Shown here: positions 37,518-49,300 of the stretch, one piece after another
Layout of the letters: every line of letters starts with the position of its first letter
Numbering within the stretch: the first letter of the stretch is position 1
Origin: Botryllus schlosseri
Taxonomy: Eukaryota
Reading direction: 5' to 3'
Length of the DNA: 64,000 nt
NCBI GenBank assembly: GCA_051294905.1
Contig: CM119372.1
Span: 35,156,001-35,220,000 of the forward strand
Notes under the pieces: model-generated
Seen by the model: the letters and a program-made list of their open reading frames with translations, nothing else
What the model was told of the DNA's origin: nothing
Databases searched by the model: none
Program-made: the position numbers and the translations under genes

Positions 37518-39071
37518 TAGGGATGGTGCGAACCAGGGTTGTAACCAAGTCACAAGGCTCCTAGTCCCATGTCAATCTCACTTCTATAGTTTTGACTCGA
37601 GTCTAGTCGAGTCATTTTCAATTCACCTTTGAGTCAAGTCCGAGTCCAAGTCATCAAGCAGAGGGTCGAGTCCGACTTATGGTATTATGACTCGAGTCCG
37701 ATCACAAGTCATTATGTTGACTGCTCAGTTTCGAGTTAAAGTATTGGTAAACCCACTTTATATAACTTTGTTAGGCGATATTGAATGGTTCGCATTTATA
37801 ATATACTAATTTTCCTCATTTTTCGCAATTTTGGTGGCGTTTTCAAGTACCATTACCAATAGACGAATTCCCAATAGGGTGGTTACTTTACTAATCTTCG
37901 AAATTACAATGAAATGTCGGTCTTGACCATCTGAGTCTCGAGTCATATGACTTGGTTTGAGTCCGAGTCGAGTCAATACACAGATTGACTCGAGTCAAGT
38001 CGAGTCATCAGAAAACCGTGACTCGAGTCGAGTCATGACTCGAGTCATGACAACCCCGGTGCGAACCCCTGAAGGTTCAGGTTCGTTTGAACACGAACCT
38101 TTTTGAAGGGTTCTGTGTGAACGCGAACGTGAACTTTGTGACGTCATATTGCTAATTCCAACCCTACATGTCAGCGAAGTGATATATTATCAACTGAAGC
38201 AATCAAATGCTATAATAAACCCATAAAATTTATAACTTCTGCCGCTTTGTCAACAATTTGGACGAGGACCTGCGAGGGAATATGAGCTTACGCCTTGACG
38301 CTTCATTCCAGACCGGACAATGTATTCGGCATCTGACTATTACGACATTGGTATTGAGCAGAGTGAAAAACGGGTTTCTATACTTAAGTGATATTACCCC
38401 ATAAACGAGTTACACAGTAGCCAACACCCTAATCGCACTGATTTGGTTTTTATGATGCTGCAAACATATCAAATCAAGATAGATCCCGTATACCTGCTGG
38501 ATTTTCCACATTAGACAACGACGTATTCTTTATATCAATTTCAATGATTGGTTGAATGAAAAAGCATCATTTGCTGACTACCTACATGTCCAGTATTTCG
38601 ATATTGATATTGTGTGATTGCGGGTCATGCTCCCGGCAGAGACTCACTAAATATTCACAATAGGAAGGCTGAATATTTCGAGCGAACCTTAATAACAATG
38701 CAAGTAAAATTTCTGAGATTGGCAAGATGTATGCTCGTTTAGTGTTGATGTTTTTATTCTGCCAGCGCCTTGCATAGAGTGGTCTGAAGTTGAAATTCAA
38801 AGAATTTAAACCAAAGATGTAATATTCATGTGATAAATTGTAATCCATGAAAAAGGTTCACATGCAATGCAGAACCTACCGAATACTGTGCACGCATATT
38901 TTCTGTACCACCATCACTGCCGTTTGTTATGTATTTTTGTTCGATGAAAATAAAGACTCTCTCTCTCTCTCTCTACCAAGGTTCGTTTGTGAACGCGAAC
39001 CTCTAAATATCTGAATATCTTAGGTTAACATACATAGCGCGAACGTGAACCTCACGTTCACACCATCCCTA
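37518..39071. mobile_element. hAT MITE family A copy with a nested MITE in its TIR
   Basis: TAGGGATGGTGCGAAC...GTTCACACCATCCCTA; TSD TTAATCAT/GTAATCAT. Confidence 0.85.
37534..38058. mobile_element. hAT MITE (CAGGGTTGT ends, GAGTC arrays)
   Basis: Perfect TSD GTGCGAAC at 37526-33 and 38059-66; a related partial copy ends at ~14199. Confidence 0.88.
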
Positions 39072-40364
39072 GTAATCATCACACATATAGTGCTAAATGT
39101 TCATGAGACGGATTAGCCGACAATTTCTATTCAGTATTCATATTGCATTCGCGACAAACTGGGTGTTTCGGTTCGTGTAGCGATCCCACCGTTACCAATG
39201 TCGCGACTTGGGTTCGGTAAATGTAGCGGGCTGAAGAAATGTGGTCGTTAGCAATGGATGGGTTCCTCCATATATCGCCAAAGATTTATTCGAATAATTC
39301 GAAGTATAATGAGATGATTGCTAAAACTTTGGGCTGTGAAGATGTATAACGCTGGATGGAACTAAATGCAGGATTTGGAAACGATAAACAGATTAAAATG
39401 AATGAAGCAAGCAATAAACAATAAAGCAAGCATCTTGAATGGTAATACCGATAATACCGATAGATCTAACGCCAAACTCTTGCGGAAAAATAGTGCATTA
39501 TACTTGTGTCTCGCTATCCGCATAATTTTTAAACTGCCCTATCCAACGAGGATGACACGGAACTGGGATACCTGCTGGCTAAACCCGTTGTCGTGTCAAT
39601 GGAATTTGGTTTTACAATGAGTTTGAGATTAGTAGTAGTCCTATTATTATGAGGATTCATATCGTATATAATGAATGCATTCACCAGTCAAAATGTAAAT
39701 TGAAGTGATAACTATATGTAGCCTACCTATCAATATGTAGCTATATCGGAATGATATAATCGATATCCCTACGGCCTACACACTGTATTATGGATATTGT
39801 TGATTGCAATCACAGTGTGCGGTGTTTATACGGTCAGCGGCACCTCTTCCTCATTAGCAAACATGTTTGATCACTGAGAAGATTGAATTATTCGGTTACT
39901 AACCGTTGAACTAATGATTGAATCATGTTATGATCGTAGTATTCCATTGGCAACTTATAATCTCTTATTGTAACTTGGACTATTAGCCTGCTGTGCTCTA
40001 TACTCTGCGATCGCATATCATATTTTCCTATAATTATTATATGTAATGGGCACGTTGATTAATTTCCGAGGCATTTTCTTACAGGTGGTAATGCAGACTG
40101 TCGTACACCAAACCATTCTGGTGCTTATAAGCGCCACTAGACTTTTATACAATAGCACCAATAATTATACCCGAGTACGCGAGAGCTAACCTAGCTGAAA
40201 GATATTTGCTTGTTGTGTGAGTTTTTATAACACTACGATTCCCATGCAGACTAGCTTGCACTGATCATACCCGATTTTAATTGTAAGCTATGATTTTCAG
40301 CAAACATATATATATCGGGCATAACACAGCCCCTTGACCATAACACAATTTATACGGTGCGTAT

Positions 40365-43300
40365 ATGTCGGATCAATGCTTTGCCAGCACTATGAACGAA
40401 AGCTTCCACGAGTACGAGGAATATCAAGCTCCTGTTTGGATGCGAGCTGGAATCATAGCTTACATATCGCTGGTTACAATTTCTGGTACACTAATGAATG
40501 GTGTTGTTATTATTGCCTTCTACAAAAATAAGGTAAGTAAAGTGTTTGTGCCTGGCGTTACTAAAATTATATCTACAAACAATTTTCAAACTGCATAAAA
40601 CAGTAATACTTGAGATTCTCCTATTAGAAAAGTGGATGGTATTATCGGATTTCAGCCTCTGTAACCACGCGATTAGGAAAACGGAAGTAGTTGGCCTATG
40701 AACCGTCAAACGTTAGACACCAACATCACGCAATGTCATAATAAGATTGAAACCGTGGTCGGTGCCAGGCTCAGTATAGTTTAAATCGTGGTTCCTAAGA
40801 TATTCTGGTATTTGAAGACGATAAAACAAATATTCAGCGGGAATTTTAAAGCCTGCAGTTTTCGGCCATCATCCGGTGGTAAGGCAACAGTATTTTGGCA
40901 ATAGGTATGAAGTAATACTTTTATATCAATGTGGCATCGCCATACCTCAATTGCTCAGAATCAATTGTGTTCGAGAACCTGGATGATAAAATGAACGACT
41001 AAGATGTGACGTGCTGACAACAATTTGTCAGTGTTACTGATCAATGATCAAATTCGTCGGTGGTACCACAACGCTGCGCTACAACCCTACATTTTATTAG
41101 GGCTATCTTAGCAAGTTATCTAACAACCGGGAATAAGGATGCCTCTGTTCCGAAATTTGAATTTTGAAATGTGAATTAGGGTTGTCCAAAATTTGGAAAA
41201 TTTTACAAATCCTCCGTTGTAATGTCTTATTTTATAGATTATTGATAAAAAACGACACTGGGCCTAAAAGAAGCTCAGAGGAAGGCCGTTAAGATTTCGT
41301 GCAAAGCGTTAGAAAGTAGCTGCCGAAGAATGGGCGTGCCACCGACCATGGAACGGCGAGAATACTAGTAATCACGAAGCCACGGCTCTTGATTAGCTAA
41401 TCGGCTATGCTTCAATGACCACGACAGCAGCAGCTTGCTGATTAGGTGATCAAGGAGTCTGCTAACGGCGGCGATTGTGAAAGCGCATTGTATGTAGGTT
41501 GACAGATAATGATTTAGGATTGATTCAGAGTATGTTGAGGTACGAGATACATGATGAACAAACAACAGCTGCTTCACAAAAACGTCTGAAGCATGACCGC
41601 TTTATTGTGAAGGATACCGCCGTAGCCTATATGCCTTGTTTTCAACGAGGGAATGCATAGGCGCTTATGCAAGTGGCGACAGATTCCTAGTTTCAGAAAG
41701 GATATATCATTTTTGAATACATATATAAAGCTTAACAACGACACTATAATTTCTGTGATCTTATTGGGCTCAGGTTGTAGTACATGGTTGAAGTTTTGAA
41801 TGCTCTAAGGATCGGCTGAATCAGCGGGTTTTGCTTGGCACTTATCAGATGCTCATATCAAAATGTATTCACCTGCAAGTGTTGTCAAGGTCCTTAATGA
41901 TGACGCAGAAAAGAGGTGTAAAAGTAAGCACATACTATGCTGGATATGATATGTCAATGATATGGCAATTAAGTCCTTAATAATCGTGCAGAAAAGGGGT
42001 GTAAAGGTAAGCACAGAAAATGCTGCATAGTGCATAGTATCCAGCATAGTTGGTATATTATATCAAACATATTATGTGCTTACATTTACACTTCTTTTCT
42101 TTTACACTTGCAAGTGAATACAATTTGATGTGAGCATCTGATAAGTGCCAAGCATAACCCGCTGATTCAAGCAATCCTTACAGCATTCAAAACTTCAACT
42201 ATGTACTACAACCTGAGCCCAATAAGATCACAGAAATGATAGTGTCGTTGTTAAGCTTTATATTTGTATTCAATAATGATATACCAATGCTCAAACTGGG
42301 AATCCGTCGCCACTTGCATAAGCGTCTATGCTTTCCCTAGTTGAAAACAAGGCGTATAGGCTACGGTAATGCTTTTAGACGTTTTTGTGAAGCAGCTGTT
42401 GTTTGTTCGTCATGTATTTCGTACCTCAACATACCCTGAATCAATCCTAAATCATTATCTGTCAACCTACATACAATGCGCTTTCACAATCGCCGCCGTT
42501 AGCAGACTCCTTGATCACCTAATCATCAAGCAGCTACTGTCGTGGTCATTGGAGCATAGCCGATTAGCCAATCAGGAGTCGTGGCTTCGTGATTACTAGT
42601 ATTCTCGCCGTTCCATGGTCGGTGGCACGCCCATTATTCGGCAGCTACTTTCAAACGCTTTGCACGAAATCTTAACGGCCTTCCTGTGAGCTTCTTTTAG
42701 GCCTAGTGTCGTTTTTTATCAATAATCTATAGAATAAGACATTACAACGGAGGATTTGTAAGATTTTCCAAATTTTGGACAACCTTAACGTGAATGTCTC
42801 TTCCAAAGTGGTTAATTTACCGCCCATGATAATGAAGACAGTTCATATTTTAAAACTCGGCTGTTAAACAGAATCTTGTCTGTTTTAACTTCGGTAAATC
42901 AACCAAAAGCTTTTTCCTTAATATTTCGATGCGAGCAGTATGTCTGTAACACAGAATTCACAGATTATCGTCCATTGCCGGGATGAAAGAAACTATGTTT
43001 TCTGCAATTCTTGCAATTTATCATTGAACCTGATGGATTCGATTTTTCCGCCGTTATAGAACCCGAAGTGCTTCTCTCACTTTTGCAAGACGAGAGATAT
43101 ATCGATGAAGAAAAATAGTTTTAGTCATTTGCTTTGTGTCAGCGACAACAACTCTCTGTATTAGATTCAAGATTTGTGACTGGTTTTTGAACTACATAAA
43201 AAACACTTTATAATCCACATACAGCCTACCCCAATCGAAGTGAATCTGTACTGACTAAAAAATGCTTAATTATTACCATCCAATATTTGACGTAGAGATT

Positions 43301-46300
43301 TGGGTATTTTGAAAATGTGAGGTCTGAACCACAACCACTACAGGATAATCAATAGGGTGGAGTGAAAATGACTTTTTTTTTCCAATCGAGAAAAGGGCTT
43401 CCTCAATCCTGACAAATGACCTAAAACTTCAATAAAAAGTGACTTTCTTTGAAATCCCGTAACTTGTGCTGATGCTTCTGTTACAAGCTTTACATGTTGT
43501 TCCACTGTTTGATTGTGGCATGGATAAAACAACATCAGAGGCTTCTCGCGGCATTCTTCCAACTCTGCATCAGTTAGGTGCTGAATCGCTGGGGGAAGTT
43601 GTTGATAAGGTTCAATATCAACCAACTCGTGGTATGCCTTGGCTTCCAAGTTCAACTTTGGGACACAGAATAAACGAACAGGACCGCAGTTCAATTGGTT
43701 GGAACTGCTATGACTTTCAATGTCCACAAGTGAATTTTATTCAGCGGCATGCTTTCGAAACGCAAGCACCATGGTCACACCCTTATTTCGTATGTCTTCA
43801 TTATCATCTACCAGCATTGCAATCATAATATTTTCGGGGTATGCGAAATAACCGTTTCTTATCACCACATTCAAAGCAATTTTCCGAACGTTTCCGTAAG
43901 AGAAATTCAAAACCTGTTGAATCAAGTTGAAGAAGTTTATTCAGGATCCATGTGTTATATGTTTGTTTCGCTTGATCTCAAACCAAGTCGGAAAATATAC
44001 TTCAAGACAAAAACGAACCAGAATCTCCAGGTTCAAAGGCGGTTCATCAACTGTTACATATTACCGTAAAACTCTACACTGCATCCTAAAGTTAGCCATC
44101 TTGAATGCGAAACTGGTCCAACCTCCAAGTAAGCCAGATCATCATCAGCATTTCCTTGAATAATTGCCCAGCACATTCATAAGCATATAACTGGTCTTTA
44201 CTTAAGTCATTAACAATTTCCGATGGGAGCTTTGGCAAGGCCCTACGTGGTAGCGAGAGCTTTTTGAATTGAGTAACTGGCCAACAAGATACACTTCCAA
44301 GTAGTTTTTTTCAATTGGGTGTGACCATAAGGTCCTGGTGATTCGAAAACATGCCGCTGAACAAAATTCAATTATGGACATTGAGAGTCATAGCAGTTCC
44401 AACCAATTGAACTGCGGTCCTGTTCGTTTATTCTGTGTCCCATAGTTGAACTTGGAAGCAAAGGCATACCACGAGTTGGTTGATATTGAACCTTATATCA
44501 ACAACTTCCTCCAGCGATTGAGCACTTAACTGATGCACAGTTGGAAGAATGCCGCGAGAAGCCTCTGATTTTGGTTCATCCATGCCACAATCAAACAGTG
44601 GAACAACATGTAAAGCTCGTAACAGAAGCATCAGCACAAGTTTCGGGATTTCAAAGACGAGATGGCTTCGTTCGCCGAAAAATTAAGTCTCGTAAACTGA
44701 TGAAAAAACTTGACAAAAGAATGCATTTTCAATGAGTCGTTAAATGTGAGTGTTTCATTATGATGTTTTAAACCGATCTTAAAAGGACTGTGTTGTGAAT
44801 ATATTTGTAATATGGGCCCAGTATTCGGTATTGTCAGTGTGTTACTTTTCTTTAAAAAAAACTGATGACAGATCACAATTCGTCAGAATAAATGCTGAAT
44901 TTCAACAAAAATGTGCGTATATATTGTTTTTTGGCTATAACTCATTTTGTGTTCACAATAGAGAAAACTTTCTTCTGAAGACAGATAGAAACATGATGCT
45001 TCCACAGATTTTGAGCTATATATCATGACGCTACGACCAGCGGTTGCCGAGATGGGCCATTTTACCCCCCCACGTGCAGAAATTGGGGGGTTGCCGGCTG
45101 GAAAATGGGGGCAACATCCTGAAGTCACTTTTTATTGAAGTTTTAGGTCATTTATCAGGATTGAGGAAGCCCTTTTTTCGATTTGAAAAAAAAAGTCATT
45201 TTCACTCCACTCTAATAATCAACTGCCTCAATCACGGCGCGTGAATATGTTGTCGAAGTCACATGGGGTCATATCAGCACATTCATTTCATACCTTCGTC
45301 TGAACCTCATACCTTCGTCTGAACCTAACTCATAATTATATAGCGATCATAAATCCTTCGTGACTACGTACATACCTCCGTACTTCCGTACCTGCATGTA
45401 TATAATTTGGATTAAAATGTTTTACTCGATTTATACCGCAGTATAATTTGTGGTTTCGTGTAGAATGGGTGTATATTCACATCCGCATATTAGGAGTGGT
45501 ACACGGGTGGAAATACGCTCTATTCGAAAAGAGTTTACCTATTGGAAACCCATACCTCCATTTCGACCAGAGTAGCGAAGCTGACAATAATTTGACCACT
45601 TATGCGTCATTAATGCGCGACATGCCCAAATGTCGACACCCATTCTACTCGCCATTATCCTCACCATTACAGAGCCTTCGCACACCGCTGAACTACCTCA
45701 TCTTAAACCTGTGCGTATCGAACCTACTCGGCACGACTGCGAGCGCGTGCTTGGTCATCCCGGTAAACGCGCTCGGGGAGCAGATTTTCGGAAATTTGGG
45801 TTGTATGATTTACGTTTTCACCTGTGGAATGTTAGGTGGGTGTTATCGATATATATATGGACAGATAAACCCTTAAGGCAGGGGACGCAAACTCAAAGCG
45901 GGTTGTGGTTCACTTTTCCAATTTCGCAATGGCCGCGGGGCGCAAGAATGCAATATTGAGAAAAAAGCAACAAGTTTAGCAACCACGTTTTTAAAACTTT
46001 ACGCCAATACAGCGCTGTGCTCCTCAACATTGGCGACTGTAGTACATTTATAAAAGTAGTACAAATACAACAAGAAACATCGTGATAATCACTATCGTTT
46101 TATTTTGAAATAAGAGCTGCGCACGATACCTGACAACAGTTTTCATCGAATAAACACTATGGAATCAATATTGGGGCTGGCGAGATACGTTACTATAGCT
46201 GTATAGCAGAAAGACTGCCTCCTCCTAAAGCTTTATCATATGTGGGAAAGCCCTATACCGTTTTCTTTGCGTCTTGGTCTTGGCATTGTCTGGGTCATTA

Positions 46301-49300
46301 AACTTCGAGGCAATATGCCAATTGATATCGGCAGATCCTCCCTCGATGGCATGCCGTTGGCAGCGTCGAAGCCGTTTCAGCTAGTGAGGAATAATGATAT
46401 TTGGCTCAGACGAATAGCTTATTTTGGGACAACAACAACAATTTTTTGGAACAAAAATAAAATTTCGTATTTCAAAATACTTTACTTGTCGTTCTTCCGA
46501 ATTTCTAAATCAGCTGGCGGGTGACAAAATATGACCTCGCCGGCCGCGTGTGGGTGACTCCTGCCATAAGGAAATATTTAGTAGTAGCGATGCTACGCAC
46601 GTTCGGTTCATGCTCGTCTTCGGTATGCTGACATCTTCAATTCCAAGGTTGGCATTTTCAATAAAACTCCCATAACTCATCTTACCCGGTGAATAAGTTG
46701 GTGAAATATTATAATTATACAATGATGGTAACATTTTTATAGAAAATTCTTGTACTTCAACTTAATACCGCTCCATGCACGTCGATGACAGAGAAAAAGA
46801 ACATTAGACAAAAAAGTGAGCCCTAATTAGCAAAACACCCTAATATTCTCGAGAATTTTGCTTGCAATAGCACACCTGATTTTGGTTGTAAATGATAGAA
46901 TTAGTTCCCTTCCGTCACGGCTATACGTGCTTTGCACATAAAATATATGCAACCGAAAATGATCGCTGCAACAATGAAAATTCAACGACTGTCCCCGGAA
47001 TGTTATTTCGTGACGCGGAGTCGTTCTGTCGTGTGTCAGATATTTGTCAATCTGTACTGGCCCGCATTGTGTGTCAATAGTAGCGGTCTTCCGATCGGTA
47101 AATTCTCTAAATTACTTATTGCAAAAGTAATTGTCGATAATTTTGTATACCGCTCGCATCTTCTAGTCCGTGTAGCACCTGGCGTTACTGGCGAAATGCG
47201 TCACTCTCTTCAGCAATAACAATAATAATAATAACATGCAGTAAAACGATCTGTGTTTCAATTGGCATTGTGACGCCGTGCGTTGAAGTTCACACAAATC
47301 CACACATTTAGGTGGTTGCATCATTGCTACTTGGTAGCATTGAATACCTACGGACTATGTATGTTCAATGACTTTTCTCGACAACCAATAGCTGTCCAAA
47401 TATTATTTTTCTATAATTTTATTGGTGTTCTACATCTTTGCTTTTCAAACTGTTGGATGATACGGACGTGCATGGAACAAAAATTACAGCGAGGATGAAA
47501 AACGTGGTGCTGATGAAATCGTGCATATATTTCGTAATTTTTCTGACGTGGAATGATCTAAATAAACTTAATAGCATATTTAGTAGGGATGGTGTGAACG
47601 TGAGGTTCACGTTCGCGTTCTGTGTGTGAACCTCGGGAATTTAGAGGTTCGCGTTCACAACAGAACCTTGGTAGGTTCTGCACTGTGAACCTTTCTCATA
47701 TATTACAATTTTCACTTCAATATAACATCTTTGGTTCAAATTTATTTCATTTCAACTGCGGGCCACTCTATGCATGGCTCTGACAGCATTCAAAATCAAC
47801 ACTAAACGAGCACTTTGGCAATCGCAAAAGTTTTACTTGCTTTGTTACAAAAGTTTGCTCGAAATATCCAGCTTTCCGTTTGTGAATATTTAGTGACCCT
47901 CTGCTGTGAGCTAGACCCGCAATCACACAACATCACGAGCGACATACGTAGTCAGCAGCGAATGATGCTTATTCAACCAATCAATGAGATTGATATCGTT
48001 TTTGATGTAAAAATGTAGCAGGCGTCAATTTTGACTTCATATCTTTACTGCATCATTAATACCAAATCCGTGCGATTGAGGTGTTGGCTACGGCTATATA
48101 ATTTGTCGATGGGGTAATATCGGTAGCAAGTATAGGATCCCATTTTACACTCTGCTCAATATCAATGTAGCAATACTCAGACGCCGAATAGGCCTACCTT
48201 GTCCGGTCTGGCCTAGACCGTTAAGGCGAAGGCTTTTATTCCCTGGTAAGTCTTCGTCGAAATTGTTGGCAAAGCGACGAAAGATATTGATTTTATGGGA
48301 GTATTATATCCTTTGATTGCCTTAGTTGATACTTTTAGCTACGTTTAAAACGCCAATATGTACTTCAGCATTGTGGCATTATGTGGCCCGAGTCATCGCT
48401 AGGTATCGCGTACATTAATATAGGCTATCACTTCATTGAAAGACAGGGTTAGAATTAGCAATATGACGTCACGTGACGTCATGAAGTTCACGTTCGCGTT
48501 CGCACAGAACCTTTTAAAAAGGTTCGCGTTCACACGAACCTGAACCTTTCAGAGGTTCACACCATCCCTAATATTTAGGTACAGTCAATCCCAAAGTTTT
48601 TCTTTGCGACACGAAGACTATAATTTTGGGTCGCGACGGCACCAGAGCGATATTTTAACATGCATGTAATACTTCTTTAATTTCCTGCAAAAAATACTTC
48701 TTCGCGTGATTTCGTGTGACATGAAGGTATGTCGTTTACGCCGACATGCGGATGTGCAAAGCGCGGTACCAGAATGATCGGTGATGATAAAACTTAAGCC
48801 ATTATTGACCGTCGCTGGTGGGTCAAAACCTTCGATATTGATATGCCTAGTTGCCGAAATGGTTGCCACCGATGTATAGCGCCAGCCTTGCAATCCGAAT
48901 AGACGGTAGGGTCTACACATGCAACCTTAGAGGAAAATGATGAACCCAATTTTTAGGGCGGAGATAATAAAGTTGGATTAGCAATGAAATCGATCATCCC
49001 GTTCGTCAGGATTTATCAACCCAGGATTAAGGAAATCGGTAGATCGCAGCGCATAAAGTTGGTGTTAATCTCATGATTTAACAAACCGGATTAAACTATC
49101 GATAACTGCGTACCGTTCCTACGCAAAAATATTTCCGATAATGACCTACCGATTGTCAACTAGGTAATGGCTTCACCAAACAATCAACGAATTAAGTACC
49201 CGCGATTGCAGAGCGATATCAATATTCTATAATCCGTTTCTTAGCTGTACGGTACTAATTTGACACGACTTTCGTTTGGCGATGATGATAATTGTTCCTA

